Program-made: the position numbers and the translations under genes | Notes under the pieces: model-generated | What the model saw: only the letters and a program-made list of their open reading frames with translations | Told to the model about the DNA's origin: nothing | The model's database searches: none | Part shown: in pieces, positions 25,841 to 40,361 of the stretch | Layout: each line of letters begins with the position of its first letter | How positions within the stretch are numbered: position 1 is the first letter of the stretch | Origin: Antedon mediterranea | Lineage: Eukaryota > Animalia > Echinodermata | DNA length: 64,000 nt | NCBI RefSeq assembly: GCF_964355755.1 | Contig: NC_092679.1 | Span: 23,915,432 to 23,979,431, forward strand | Reading direction: 5' to 3'

Positions 25841-27147
25841 TTGAATCACGTGGAGATAAAAATAATTCACAGCCACTTGCAAATGACATTTATCAAGAGA
25901 ATGTTCTTTATTTTTCTAATTTCCATCAGGAACAAGATGCAAATGATGAAAATACGTACGCATCATATTGCTGCTTTGTGTGTTCATTGTTTTAAATAAT
26001 AGGCCTACAAATGTGTCTGTCGAAGGTATTAGGCCTGATACTTATAGTTGTTTGAGCGCTACTCAAGTCGCTCACCTAACAAATGATTTACCAATACTGA
26101 TTTACCTCCGCCAAGGAGGTATATTTAATCAATATATAGCGTGTGTTTGTTGGGACCATTTGGGACCATGGTCCAAATTCTGGACCACTTTTTAGTATAG
26201 GCCTACTTTTCATACCTGCTAGTGTTAAAAGATAGGACAGAATTTTTCAAAAGTCCTCTTGGATGGAGAATTAAAAAACATACACTATATCAAATACATT
26301 AACAATATAAAACTGATTGAACCATATTGTACTGTATGTGCGTTAGTGTATTACACGGTATAAAACCGCGCGTCATCTTGATTTGGAGGCACAGATCACT
26401 AGATTTCCAATTAAATCTCAGTTTTATAATAAGCCCAACAAAATAATATGTTTTATGGAATTTGAATAATAAACATTATGTCACCCAGAAATAATCTGAA
26501 TATTTTAAATAAAAGGAAGAAGAAAACAGAAAAGTGGCAGAAATACCGATACTGAAAATAGTAAACAAACGTGAAAAGACAAAACAGACTGCAGACAAAC
26601 AGAACTGAAAGGTTAAATGAATAAGGAACTATAACAACCATACTGTCTCTGGTTTTGTAATTATGCTATGTAAATGGTAAATGTATTGTTACAGTAGTAT
26701 CCGATCATGTGAGTACACAACTGAGAGTGGACTTTAGGACCATTGAAGCAACTCTCTGTATTTTCATGACACTGGTCCACCGGCGGAATAACAAAAGGTA
26801 AGAAATGATAACTTAGTGCAAGTATTAATGTATAGAATTAGGTGTATTGCTAGTGATTTTTAATTAAAATAGTTTAGCTAACGAACAAGTTACTACATAG
26901 CCTACTCCGCCGCACAACTACAATGGATTAAGTATTTGCATAGTAGTATTGAACTTGTCATTTCCGTTAGGTTTTTTTTATTATTCCGACGCCTTAAAAA
27001 CAATGTGTAGACCTAACTGTAGACTAGGCAGTAGTTATCTGTCACCACCTCAGTTAGATATTTGGGGCCATTTATTTACACCATGAGTTAATGGAAACTC
27101 TATTTTCAATCCTTGGTGGGCACCAAATAATTACATTATTTTATGTA

Positions 27148-28203
27148 CAGGCCCGTAGCCAGGGGGGGTTTTTATGGTTCGGGCGAACCCCCCCTTTACA
27201 GCGAACCCCCCTTAACCGACTGCGAACCCCCATCCCCGACATGCCCAATACCTCACCCTCATCTCCGAAAATCGTCCAAATAGGTGCCCCACAGTACAAA
27301 AAGTTGTTCGTAAATTAAAAAATTTGTAAACTCGTTCGGAATAACTCATACAGTACCTTCTTCCCTGTATGAGAGTACTTCGAGTGATATAGTCTGTAAA
27401 GAGTTGCAAATGAATTGCCGATTTTAACCTGAAAAACAAATGTTTGGTCCCTGCATGTAACATGATATTGACGCGTCTCACAGCGAGCTGGGGGACGGAC
27501 GAACGATTCGTACAAAGGACACCGCCAGACAACTGCGTACCAATTGTTTAGATCACTGGCAGTCAGGCAGCATGCATAAAGTATATAGCCTTCCGACATA
27601 CATCAGTATTTATGTGTGGCTATGAAGTATAATGTATCATAGAGGATTATAGTGAATATTAATATTTTACACTATAATATCTATGGTATCATGTACTGTA
27701 GTTCACATTATGACATCCGATTATTTTTTTCTAGACCACCAGCCGATACGTACTCAAATGTATCAATATCACCTATTTACATTGGCATATTTAATTTCCT
27801 CAACAAATTGCTGTAAATAAATATTATAGATAGAGCTATAATAAGAATTGCATTTGCCTTCACCCAGTGTGCTTTTTTCGGGGCTTCTCCTAGACGTACG
27901 TTCGCATTGAACTTGAACGCAAAACAAAATATCGAGTAAATGATCAAACAATCGGCGGTTCCGCACAGAGCACGCGCATCTAACATACGGCAACAAATGT
28001 TATCGTTAGTCCATGAGTCCAAGTACGATCGTTTTGCTCATTGGTAGCATGCTGCATGAGAGTGTCTTTTCCGGCCATCTAGGGGTGTCATTTAACAAAA
28101 TTTGCTTCGCCTCAGGGGGGGGGGGGGGGTAGGTATGGGGGTGGGGGTGACCCAAATACTTAGTGTGCGAACCCCCCCTTGACAGATCCTGGCTACGGCC
28201 CTG
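27148..28203. mobile_element. Non-autonomous TIR DNA transposon with 5-bp TSD (hAT5-like)
   Basis: TIR caggcccgtagccagg / cctggctacggccctg (15/16 match), TSD ATGTA at 27143-27147 and 28204-28208, and subterminal gcgaaccccc repeats. No transposase is present. Confidence 0.8.
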
Positions 28204-28661
28204 ATGTAGATGACGTACTATAGCCTACGTCGATAATAAAACTGAGTCTGAGCTTATTTTCTTCTTGTTAGCCTTAAGCATTGTTTACTAGGACACCACG
28301 CTTTATTATATTGCGAGGGAAATTCGAGTACGTTTGAAGACTGTCCTGTCCGTTGTATATAGTTTTATGACACGTGACACGTTACTAGGCACTACATTTT
28401 GATAAGAAAATATTAACTGACGTATAGGTATATTTTAGATGTATCAACTTAACACAAAATCACTCTATTGTTTGAGCGCGCATAATAGTCACTGTCTGTT
28501 GTGCCATGCCAACGCATTGTGTCGGTACAGAATGTTCTGTGCATTTTGTAAACTCGTATCCTTCACTGATTGATTAGATGGAAAACACGGTGAGTAGAAT
28601 GACTCTTCATTTAATTTAAATTAATAACAATTTACCGATTGTAACACATTTGTTATTTCAG

Positions 28662-31600
28662 ATGGGACATTTCTTACATTTGGTGTTTATTTTCGCAATG
28701 TTCACTGCGACTATTAAAGGTATTTATTTAGGCCACACATCTGCAGGCCTCTAAATATTTAAAATTCTCCGTTTGGAAAAAATTTATAATAGGCAGGGAC
28801 AGGCCAGCTGGTTTGTCGAAGTAGGCCTAGGCTATTCAATAGTGGTATTCAGTAAATAGAAACTCAAAGATTCTCTTCATTACTTATCATTGCAGTTTGT
28901 TTAAAAAATACATAAGAACCGCATTGAGCCATAAAATGTGCAGAAAGGTCACATTGTGCAAACATTTTGCCCTTAAACAACCACATTTTGTGCAAACATG
29001 AATGGTACCCTTCAAATATGCAAAAACATTCATAAACCACAATGTGCAAAAATATGTTTTGACGTTAAATGTGCAAAAGAAATTCTACCAAAGTGAAAAT
29101 AATTTTATTTAAAAAAATCAGTGTTTTTATTAACAGCGTGAAAATAATATAGATATGGTAGACACGGTATATTTTCGTCCAAATCTGTATGATTAGGCCT
29201 ATTCATTTTTTTCCTTCCCAGGTTCATTATTCAATTTCCGTTACAAGAAATATATGAAGACTGTTTACAAGAACAAGTCTAATAACCCCTTTGGACAAAT
29301 GATTGAACTTGAAGAAAAATATGTCAGTCAACCACTTGATCATTTTGACCCTTTAGTTAAAGGGTCATTGAAACAAAGATACATAGTCATTAATGATTAC
29401 TGGAAGAAACCTGATGGACCAGTATTTCTTTTCATTGGCGGAGAGGGCTTGCTGTCAGGCTATTATCTTAGATATGGTACATTTTTTAATACATAGATAC
29501 AAACTGCGTTTGTGACCGAGTTCGCGCGCAGTCATCTCCCTTCATTCTCTGATTCAGTTCGCGCGCAGTCGTCAACTCCCATCATGATTCAGTTCGCGCG
29601 CAGTCATCTGTGAGGAATCGGCCTCGCGTCGTGCCGCTGAGGAAAATATCTATCGTGTTTAATATTTTTTGGCACGCGTGCCATTTTCCTCAAGTTTGCG
29701 CCGAACTTGAGCAGATAGCTCACTGAAAAATTCCACTGCGCATGACATGTTCTGATTTATTATAATATGTCAGCGCGTGCCGTATAGCGTATTAAGTAAC
29801 TATCCAATCAGAAAATCGCGTACTGAAGGCGTTTAGTGTGCGTCTGATAGAACGCGATCACAATTTGCGGCAAATTTTTAAGTGAGCCAAGTGTTACTCG
29901 TGCCAGTTGGCTCTAGTGTGCGCCGGGCTTTAGCTTCATTCTCTGATTCAGTTCGCGCGCAGTCATCTCCCTTCATTCTCTGATTCAATCACTTTTCAAT
30001 TCCTCTGTATTTATTCCATTTTATTAATCGTATTCTGATTGTCAGAGATATTTTCATTGTTTTGGAAATATTGATAAACTTATATTGGCGGCATTTTAAC
30101 AACATTTTTTCTCACTTTTATAGGGCTAATAAATGAAATTGCTAAGACCCATGGTGCACTAATTGTGGGCGCTGAACATCGTTACTACGGAGACAGCCTG
30201 AATGGTGACAGTATGGAACTGAGTAATCTCAAGTATCTCTCCAGTCAACAGGCGTATGTGTGTAACACTACTTTTGTATTTAAATGGTAGCCACGGGTAA
30301 AGCAGAATGAGCATCGTGAAATAAGCCCGTTTTTTTTATAAAGTGGTGCTACAAGATTTCATTTCATGTTATACTATTTACGCCGTTCACTGAAAATTTA
30401 AAAAAAAAATTCCTAAAGGAAATTATAAGGTGGCTGTAGAAAAAGATTTATATGAAATAACAGGAGATATTGAGTGGAGTGAGGATGTAATGAAAAGAAG
30501 GCTGATATGGTATCGTCATATGCTCCGATCCGATTAAAGGAAAACACGTGATATCTCTTAATTTGTTACCTTTCCAACAAATCGTTTTTCCTTCTGTTTT
30601 TAATTACTTAGTTTAGGGGATCTTGCCAAACTTCATCAAGTTATCTCAGAAGAATATGGTGTTGACTCTAATACCACTTGGATATGTTTTGGTGGGTCAT
30701 ATGCTGGGGATCTATCTGCCTGGTTTAGAATTAAGGTAAATATAATCTGCTCATCTGAGTTATGTAGTTTTAGTGATTGCAGCAACGGTCAATTACACAT
30801 TTTGTCTGCCCTGTATTTTCTCATAATACATGATACAATTATTAAGCTCTTTTATAAAAGAAAATAAAGTCAATAATTAAAGATGTATTGTCCCTCAAAA
30901 AACGCTTATAGACAAAATAAACGGTAAAATTTAACCAAATACCCATTAAACTTTAAAATAAACTGAACATGGATGTGATATAAACTACTAATTGATCATT
31001 GTTATTTTTATTATTTAAAAAAATTTATTACGTTACCAGTTATTTTTCTGAAATCAGTTTGAAACATAGTTTATTGAGACAAATCGAGAATTCTAGTAAT
31101 ATTGTTTCTTTCGCAGTACCTACATCTAGTACTTCTAATATTTCTTTCTTTCGTAGTACCCACATCTAGTACATGCTGCTGTAGCGTCGTCTGCTCCAGT
31201 ACGAGCTATCACCAATTTTGAGGGATACAACAACGTGGTGAGAGCAAGTTTATCAGACACATCTATTGGTGGTTCACAGAAAGTAAGAATTATGTCAACA
31301 TACTACTAGATATACTTTTACTTCATGAGACGATGAACTTTGACGATGATGATAACTTGACGTGGCGAGTCGTGGGGACTGTTATATACATCACATATAC
31401 AACCGTTGCACTAGATGATATCAATCTTATTCGATGACTTTGGGGAAGATTGACCAACGTGTGCGTTTATACGCATAACAAGCACAAGCACCGTTTTTCT
31501 TCGACAGCTGTAATAATGGTGGTGGTAAATCCGTGACGATGGATATCTCATCAATACGGTTGATCGCAAATAGCTTGATTTCGTGACAAACGTCATTGCA

Positions 31601-34600
31601 CAATGCATAATGGGAAGGGGTTGGGAGCAAGCGCCAACACAAACTTTATAATATACTGGTGTTGGCGCTATTTTTCCCAAACCCTTCCCATCATGCATCG
31701 CTCTCGCAATTTGCGATAAATTACACATATTTATTATCTGTATAGTGTACAGGAAATATTTCATCAGGGTTTGAAGAAGTTGGGCAGTTACTTAAAAACA
31801 AATCACTGGATCGCCTTCATAAAGATTTTGAGCTTTGCAGCCCACTAAAGTCTGAAAATGATTACGCAACATTTCTGAGCAATTTGGAAGATAATATATC
31901 AGGTGCTGTACAGTATAATGACGATGGAACTAATAATTCTGTCGAATACATCTGTAAAACGATTGCTGAGGCCGAGGGAAGCCCTTACGATAAGTTGGTG
32001 CACTTAAATCAAGTGAGTTTTACGACAATGTAGACAAAAATAGGGAAACGTTTCATGTTTCTAAGTATATATTTTATTTTACTAATAAAAGTAGATTCCT
32101 AAACTAAACCCCTGTAAATCAAACTTTCTTTTCATTTTTATTTAGAAAGTTGATACTGTCAAATATATTGACCAGTGTGCATTTCTAAAAATCAAAGGAT
32201 AACGTACATTCTCGTACATGCATTAGTATCTTGAATCCCATTCTTTCCACATTTAAAAAGAAATTATTCAATTCAAGTCATTTGTCCATAATACAAAACA
32301 TTATTGACTATAATAATCATTTCTTCTTTCAAAAGAATCAGATAGACTAGACGTATTTTCTTTAAATTTACATGCATTCGTGGACATGATTATGATGACG
32401 ACGAAGATGAGTTGACATGCATTCGTGGACATGATTATGACGACGACGAATATGAGTTGACATGCATTCGTGGACATGATTATGACGACGACGAAGATGA
32501 GTTGACATGCATTCGTGGACATGATTATGACGACGACGAAGATGAGTTGACATGCATTCGTGGACATGATTATGACGACGACGAAGATGAGGAACAACTG
32601 TTTCTTCTTTTAAACGTCATTTCACAACCTATCACAAATATGAGATTTTAGCATTCAACGCGTAATCGTATAAATACAAACGCTACCAAAATTGGAGTTT
32701 TGAATTAGACCATTGTAGGAACATTGGGCATTCGGAACAAATTAACTTAGGTGAAACATCTTATAATGTGTTAAAGGGAATGAATACTAGGCGTCCATAA
32801 TACATTCATTATCCGGAAGTTGTCTTTTTGTATTTTGTCTTGGCACCTAGGATCGATTTCCAGGAATAAATTGATCACCGTATCACAGATAGGTGGTGAT
32901 TTCTCTAACACACGGGCTATTTGTGAACCAGTTCAGCGGGGTAAATCTCCCCTCGAATTCAGAACTGGATTCAAAGTGTACTTAGGGAAAATATGTACAC
33001 TGGATCTACGGTTTATAGTCTTATCTGAGAAGACTTGTTCCACCATCAGAACTAGGAGCGAGTCGGCCTCGCACCCATGCCGATATTAGATCTAACCGCT
33101 CGGCGTTTGACTCGGGTTTATGATATTGTTCTATTGTAGGTATTTCTTGGATCGTTGGATGAAAAATGCTTAGAAAGCTCATATGAACAGATGTTGCAAG
33201 AGTTAAACAAAACGGTGGCGCAGGAGTTAGTTGGTATTCGACCATGGACTTACCAAACATGTACTCAGTTTGGCTTTTGTAAGTATCAATTTATATATTA
33301 TTACAGTAATTTAAATAATTATGAACACACTACACATATAAGTTAAATTAGTGTTGGTTTAAACATATCTTTTCAGTTCGAAAAGAAAGTATCTCCAAAA
33401 TAAATAATGGAAAAAGGGAGGGAATTTATATATTTTAAAATGTTATACAACTGATGAAGTTGATTGTAATAATAACAACAGAAATTTTATAATGATGTAA
33501 ATGATATGAAGATTTTTTGATGACATGACTATGATATTAATATGAATAACAGTTTAAGGCATCCCCTTAATAGAATAGAGGTGTCTTAAATAGGTAATAA
33601 TAATAACTACTTGAAAGTTAAATCTTCTACCATATGGTCTATTACTTTAACACAGGCACAGAACAAATATTCTAAACCGCCCTGTGATATCTATATATAA
33701 ATTATGGTTAATTCTGACATAGGCGAGCACAATGCAAACACTTCGGTACAAATCTCCGCCTTGGATACCTACCTTATCTATCTCAGATGTACCGCGAAAC
33801 GTAGATTTGATAACATTAGTGTTCACATCGACGCTATTGTTCCATAATTATTTCTATCTTAGGAAGATATTATAAAGAGTTTTTTAACAAAATTTATGAT
33901 TTCAACATTAGATTTTCATCTCAATTTCAATTCTTCCCGGTGAAAGTAATTTCCGGGTTTAAGATAAGTTCACCTTGCAACAACCTGGTTTCAAATATTT
34001 TCTCTCTTTTATACACAAGGGAGCAGTTAAAATAATAGATTTTACCCTAAAGGTGACTGGAAACAGGCACTTTCCATCAATCAATACAGTGTCCCTTTGG
34101 AAGACGAAAAAAAAATCAGATAGTAGGACTGGAGCTTAAGTTGGCCATTAGTCATAGCCATTTCAGTTTTTTGTTTATTTTAAAACATACCGCGCGTGTG
34201 TGAAGGAACAGTAGTTAAATAATAGGAATTATACTGCAAATTAATAAAGATCAAATATACGCCATAAAGAATTGGAATATATTGTGGGGAATAGTATTAT
34301 AAAATTACATAGGGAGATTTGGTGATAAGACATTTCACGGCAGTTAGTTTCAAAAGATGATTAAATTAGATAATGTATTAATAATTATTAGGATGGTATT
34401 CATTTGAATAAACGCCTCTCCAATAAAACATCACTTTGAATAATAACCCCCCCCCCCCCCAACCCAACTATCTAATAAACGTCCATCCACATATTTATAA
34501 TAACACAATTATACTATTTGTAGTAGAATTCACCGCACTGTTATCTACAATTTACCAAGCATTTGTTATTCTTTTTTAGCACTTTTCATATCTATTAGAG

Positions 34601-36610
34601 GATTTCATTTGATTATAAATGTTACCATATTATTAAAACTAAACAATTTAACATATATCTCTCGAATAAGCACCTCCCTCAAATGACCTCCACCTCCCCA
34701 AAGGGCCCTACCAAACAATAACAACTATACTTTAAAATGTTATTAATCATCTAAAACACTGTGAAACAAAGTAGCTTAGTTTTACGAATGTCAAGCATTT
34801 TCAATAATGGTAACCGACAGAAAACGTATAAGGAGAACATTATCATTCCGAGAACCATCGTCTACACTTCCTAGAGGGGGAGGGAGCGAAGCGAGCTCAC
34901 CCTCTAGTACTGACAATTTATTAATAAATTTTAAATGATAAGATGAGCAAATCTGTGAGAATACACATATACATGCTATATATTATATGTTTTTGTTTTT
35001 CAGTCCAGACATGTGATGTAAATACACAATGTCCGTTTTCTACGTATTTGGGTCTTGGTCTATATTTAGACATATGCAATGATGTATTTGGTATTACAGC
35101 AGATGAGATCAACGCACGAGTCAACTTCACAAACCAGTATTATGGATCTGATACTCCGAAGGGAACTAGAATACTCTTTGTCAATGGTACTAGTTTGGTT
35201 TTAAAAAAAATATTTTTAATTTAATTTATATTCTTGTATGCTTGTAAGTTAAGAGCAGGTTGGTCTAAACACCTTAAAATGCAGGCGAACAGAGTGGTAA
35301 TGGCTGGTTGCATTTTTGTTATTTCATTGGGTTAATTAGGATTTATTTCATGGCTTAAATCTTTTCTTTCAACGATGCTTTTTAATATACTGTATTTTGA
35401 AGTCATTACGAACAAAATCTTTGTTGGTGCCATATTTTTCTATTTTGGAAATAGGCTAGAACATTTATTATTATTATGCAGAGGCAACAGTGTATATAGA
35501 CCTATTTTTAAAATGTTTTCCTTATAAATTGGTTTTTTTTTTTTAAATATCTACTTTCACATTTACTTGTTGATGTAGTTATATCAAAATTCCACGAAAC
35601 AAATTATTACTAATGTAACACCTGTCTTTATATTAAAATAAAAATTCATAAGCCTATACATAAAAAAAAAATAGTATGAATATTGAAAATGTAGGCGACA
35701 TCAACATTGCATAACACTATCGAAGGATGTTGGTATTTATGATGTCGTTTAACAAACTTCCGACAAGTATAAAGTTAACCACAATCAGCTAAATTCATTC
35801 ATACTTCATTTACAAAACAATTTATTTACAATAGCATATATAACGTATAGGCCTATACTGATAGCATGAACCCGAGCACCAGTGGTGTCCGTATTTATGC
35901 AATTTATGCATTACGTCATTCGATTAATCATGAATAACGGATTGTAACTTGTGCCATCACAATTATACCTTTGCTTAGGTTCTATTGATCCATGGCACTC
36001 ACTAAGTGTTCTGAAGAATATTAGTGACTCCGCCGAGACTGCGTTGTACATTCAGGGTTCTTCTCACTGCGCTGATATGGAGGCAACATCTCCGGACGAC
36101 ACACCTCAGCTTACTCAAGGAAAACTGGTATGTATTTGAATTTAAACTAAAGCCAAATCAAATGTAGTGTGACGATCAAACCTTACTTCCATTTACAGCC
36201 AAACGTACGGGCGTGGAGGAACTGAAATTCTTCAATAAACTATTATATAGCTCGTAGGGTGTAGCCAGGGAAAATAGGTGAAAGTGCAAGCGTAAACAGC
36301 TAAAGAAAAGATGTTTAGGTCTGAAAATAAATGTCATGAGTTAAGCCTATTTACTAGAACTTTCACTGCTTGTCTCTAGTTTGAAAAGGCCAGTTCAGGA
36401 AAGAGTTGGTGGGGGTGGGGTCTTTCGAATCCCTACGAATCTTCCTGGCTCCACTACGATCAACACGTTATGTTTTCCAAACGATAAGTAACATGTATGT
36501 CAACATTCATTTTCATAACGACATTTGATTTGCAGGAAATCAAGAAACAAGTATCAAATTGGCTTAGCAGCAGTGGTCAGCAGCGTCTTACTTTCAAATT
36601 AATACGTTAA
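28662..36610 (+). CDS. Serine peptidase family S28 (thymus-specific serine protease/PRSS16-like), 10 exons, ~501 aa
   Basis: Exons 28662-28719, 29222-29476, 30124-30253, 30612-30735, 31157-31282, 31746-32012, 33140-33278, 35004-35186, 35979-36127, 36536-36610 join in frame (1506 nt). Features include a signal-peptide-like N-terminus, QPLDHF, FLFIGGEG, EHRYYG, catalytic GGSYAG, WTYQTCTQFG, NGSIDPW and HCADM. A possible upstream mini-exon 28578-28589 adds MENT. Confidence 0.92.
32370..32592. repeat. 45-bp minisatellite, about 5 copies, intronic
   Basis: Unit acatgcattcgtggacatgattatgacgacgacgaagatgagttg. Confidence 0.92.
33690..34907 (+). mobile_element. Putative non-autonomous Helitron in an S28 peptidase intron
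   Basis: 5' end A|TCTATATATAAA. 3' hairpin ctagaggg...gagcgaagcgagc...ccctctag ending CTAG|T. No TSD. Confidence 0.6.
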
Positions 36611-37054
36611 ATAATGAATCTGACATAAGTTAAATGTTTTGTAGTTTAAATAGATGTATGTCGACAGTATGATGAACTTCAAAAGTCCAAAATTTGACAT
36701 TATAAAAAAGATAGCCACCATATTTGAAAATCGGTCAAGAGAGTTGCTTTTGGTGTCGAACTGTATATATATATTGACACAATCATATTCCAAGATGTCT
36801 ACATAACTACAAATTATAGAGACTTTATATTGGGCTAAACATGTTCAGATTATGCATATTTATGCTATTTTAAAATATTCTTGAAAAATAACTAGAAGCA
36901 CAATGTTTTTACCTTAGACACATATTGCATGAAATTGTTATTATGATTAATTTATTATACAAGTACTACAAGTACATGCTGAATCGCAAACGGTTTTAAT
37001 CTAACAGAAATATAGTGTTATATTGAAACTAAATTAAATTAAATCAAATGTAAA

Positions 37055-37128
37055 TGGCTGAATGGACTGGAATTGAACCCAGGTCTCTCTGTGTGACAGT
37101 CAAGTATCCTAACCACTCGACTACCAAA
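37055..37128 (-). pseudogene. tRNA-Asp(GTC)-like pseudogene or SINE head
   Basis: Minus strand reads tagtcgagtggttaggatacttgaCTGTCACacagagagacctgggttcaattcc. A and B boxes are present but the stems are broken. Confidence 0.5.
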
Positions 37129-37406
37129 CTAGTGATATACTAGAAATTAATTAATATATAAAGATGAGAAAATGTGCAATGGCCGCTCAAACCGAGATTT
37201 GAAACAGCAGTCCCTTCTTAATATGCACACATTTTACGATTTGACAAAACCTGGGCTTTTATGGTATAAGGCTATCATTAAATCACACAACGTCAATGGT
37301 TCTAAACAGCCGAAATTCAATTTCAAGGACACGATCTTGATGCCATCTTGTATTTTCAATTCATGATCACAGCTCAATCAAATTTAAACCATTGAACTGG
37401 TAATAA

Positions 37407-37545
37407 TTAGGTTATATGCATTAATGCATATAACCTCTTGATTCTGTCAGAATCTTTATTTATTTCTTTATTAGGCCTATTTATTTATTTATTTATTAGG
37501 TTATATGCATGATATGCATATAACCTCTTGATTCTGTCAAAATCT

Positions 37546-37576
<31 letters not shown>

Positions 37577-40361
37577 TTCTTTCCTTAGCACTATTTGTCC
37601 GTGAATTATCTTGGCATCAGTTTCATCTATCTAAGTCAATTTTTCAGAGTATATTCCTTATGGCCAGGAATCGATGTGGTTATGTTTTCACGATGCGCAA
37701 TCAAAAATTACGCGGTCTACGCGCGATTTAACGAAATCACGTTTGTAATCATATCTTCACAAACATGAATCACTTTTAAACAAAATTTGGTACTCATAAA
37801 TTTCAGGTCATATTTCATCATATGGCAATACAATTACGTGCGTAGCGCATATAACGCATGCGTACGCGCGCTTAAAATGTTGAAAATTGTCAGAATTTAT
37901 TTTCGATGAAATTAGAGTACGTTTCAGGCAATTTTAAGCGTTTAAAAAATTGCCATGAGTGCGCAGATTTTTGCACGCGCACTGCGCGTCAAACGTTAAT
38001 GCGCACTGTTTGTGTCCGATTACTGTTGTATAACCTTTCTTTAATAATATCATCATATTTTATTCACTTTTCAACGCAAAACAGCGTTATACGAGCACGT
38101 CAAAAGTGACGGGCTACGCACGTGTAAGTTAACAAAATGGTGAAAATATGCTAAATTTTAAAATTAATATATATCGTTAGAATGCTCGGGAACACCTATT
38201 TTTTATTTAATTTTCTTGAAGTGTATGTATCATATGTATGATTTATTATGAAATTAGAAGAACAAAAGTTGATTAAGTCATCATTAATGGCATATTAAAT
38301 TTAACAAAATTAATTTCGACAATCAAACAAATTATAACATTTTCTTAGGCGAAAATAACAAACTTAACGTTAACTTTCTTCCTTAAGAAGTTCATATATT
38401 AAAGTTAAAAGTATATAGTTTGACAGTGCATCATTTTTTTAAATTTTTAAAGATGTCATCATAGTAAAACATTATAATTCATTGCGGTATGTAATAATCT
38501 ATCTGCACCAAAGTGGTTACTGCATAGTAAATACACGGAGGAATTTTTCTCCAACTTTTAGTCAGTTGTGTATGGCTCGATGGTCTGTGCTCGTGTCAAT
38601 GGCATTCAAGGTACCGAGTTCGAGTCTTACCTTGGGAAACGAAATAAGATTTTTTTTTTATTATCCGTATTGTTCAAATTTATTTCTTAGTGTATAGATT
38701 ATACACATGATTTATAATGAAATCTAGATAAAAAGTTACTTTATGTCTTTATTATTATGTAACAACAAATGCGGTTTATGACATTATACGCAGAGGGATC
38801 TTTGATCGGATTGTGATACCGGCTATGGTGTTCGCGTTAGCAAGGTCCTATCATATATTATAAATAATTAAAGATTCTGAGAAAATCAATCAATCAATAT
38901 ATCTTTTAAAAATCAATTATCTTTATTTAAATCAATGCATATAACCTATAATTCGTCATAGTGACGAATTAAATCTAGTTTATTTATTCTTTCCTTAGCA
39001 CTATTTGTCCGTCCATTATCTTGATATCAGTTTCATCTAACTAAATCAATTTTTCAGAGTATATTCCTTATGGCCAGGAATCGATGTGGTTATGTTTTCA
39101 CGGTGCGCAATCAAACATTACGCGGTCTACGCGCGATTTAACGAAATCACGTTTGTAATCATATCTTCACAAGCATGAATCACTTTTAAACAAAATTTGC
39201 TACTCATAAATTTCAGGTCATATTTTATCATATGGCAATACAATTACGTGCGTAGCGCATATAACGCATGCGTACGCGCGCTTAAAATGTTGAAAATTGT
39301 CAGAATTTATTTTCGATGAAATTAGAGTACGTTTCAGGCAATTTTAAGCGTTTAAAAAATTGCCATGAGTGCGCAGATTTTTGCACGCGCACTGCGCGTC
39401 AAACGTTAATGCGCACTGTTTGTGTCCGATTACTGTTGTATAACCTTTCTTTAATAATATCATCATATTTTATTCACTTTTCAACGCAAAACAGCGTTAT
39501 ACGAGCACGTCAAAACTGACAGGCTACGCACGTGTAAGTTAATAAAATGGTGAAAATATGCTAAATTTTAAAATTAATATATATCGTTAGAATGCTCTGG
39601 AACACCGATTTTTTTTTTTTTTTTTCTTGAAGTGTATGTATCATATGTATGATTTATTATGAAATTAGAAGAACAAAAGTTGATTAAGTCATCATTAATG
39701 GCATATTAAATTTAACCAAATTAATTTCGACAATCAAACAAATTATAACATTTTCTTAGGCCAAAATAACAAACTTAACATTAACTTTCTTCCTTAAGAA
39801 GTTCATATATTAAGTTAAAAGTATATAGTTTGACAGTGCATCATTTTTTTTTAATTTTTAAAGATGTCATCATAGTAAAACATTATAATTCATTGCGGTA
39901 TGTAATAATCTATCTGCACCAAAGTGGTTACTGCATACTAAATACACGAAGGAATCTTTCCATAACTTTTAGTCAGTTGTGTATGGCTCGGTGGTCTTTG
40001 CTCGTGTCTTTAGCATTCAAGGTACCGAGTTCGAGTCTCATCTTGGGAAACGAAACGAAATAAGATTTTTTTTTATTATCTGTATTGTTTGTTCAATTGT
40101 ATTTCTTAGTGTATAGATTAAACAGATGATTTATAATGAAATTTAGATAAAAACACAAATGTGGTTTATGACATTATATACGCAGAAGGATCTTTGATCG
40201 GATTATGATACCGGCTATTGTATTTGCGTTAGCAAGATCCTATCATATTATAAATAATACTGAGAAAATCAATCAATCAAAATATCTTAAATCAATCAAT
40301 TATCTTTATTTAAATCAATGCATATAACCTATAATTCGTCATAGTGACAAATTAAATCTAG
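37407..40361 (+). mobile_element. Nested dimer of family-1 Helentron/DINE-1-like elements: 2 heads and 2 bodies
   Basis: SubTIR heads at 37409 and 37498. Bodies end in hairpin plus CTAG at 38978 and 40361. Sequence is closely similar to 22785-25617. Confidence 0.85.

Noticed and set aside
32301-32651. Repetitive peptide ORFs (TCIRGHDYDDDEDEL and antisense frames)
   Set aside because: By-products of a 45-bp intronic minisatellite. The peptidase model is complete without them.
17315-40063. Recurrent short ORFs (MKLEYVSGNF..., ...RYVIIYLHQSGYC...)
   Set aside because: They recur only because they lie in repeated transposon bodies. They are broken in some copies and have no recognisable domain.
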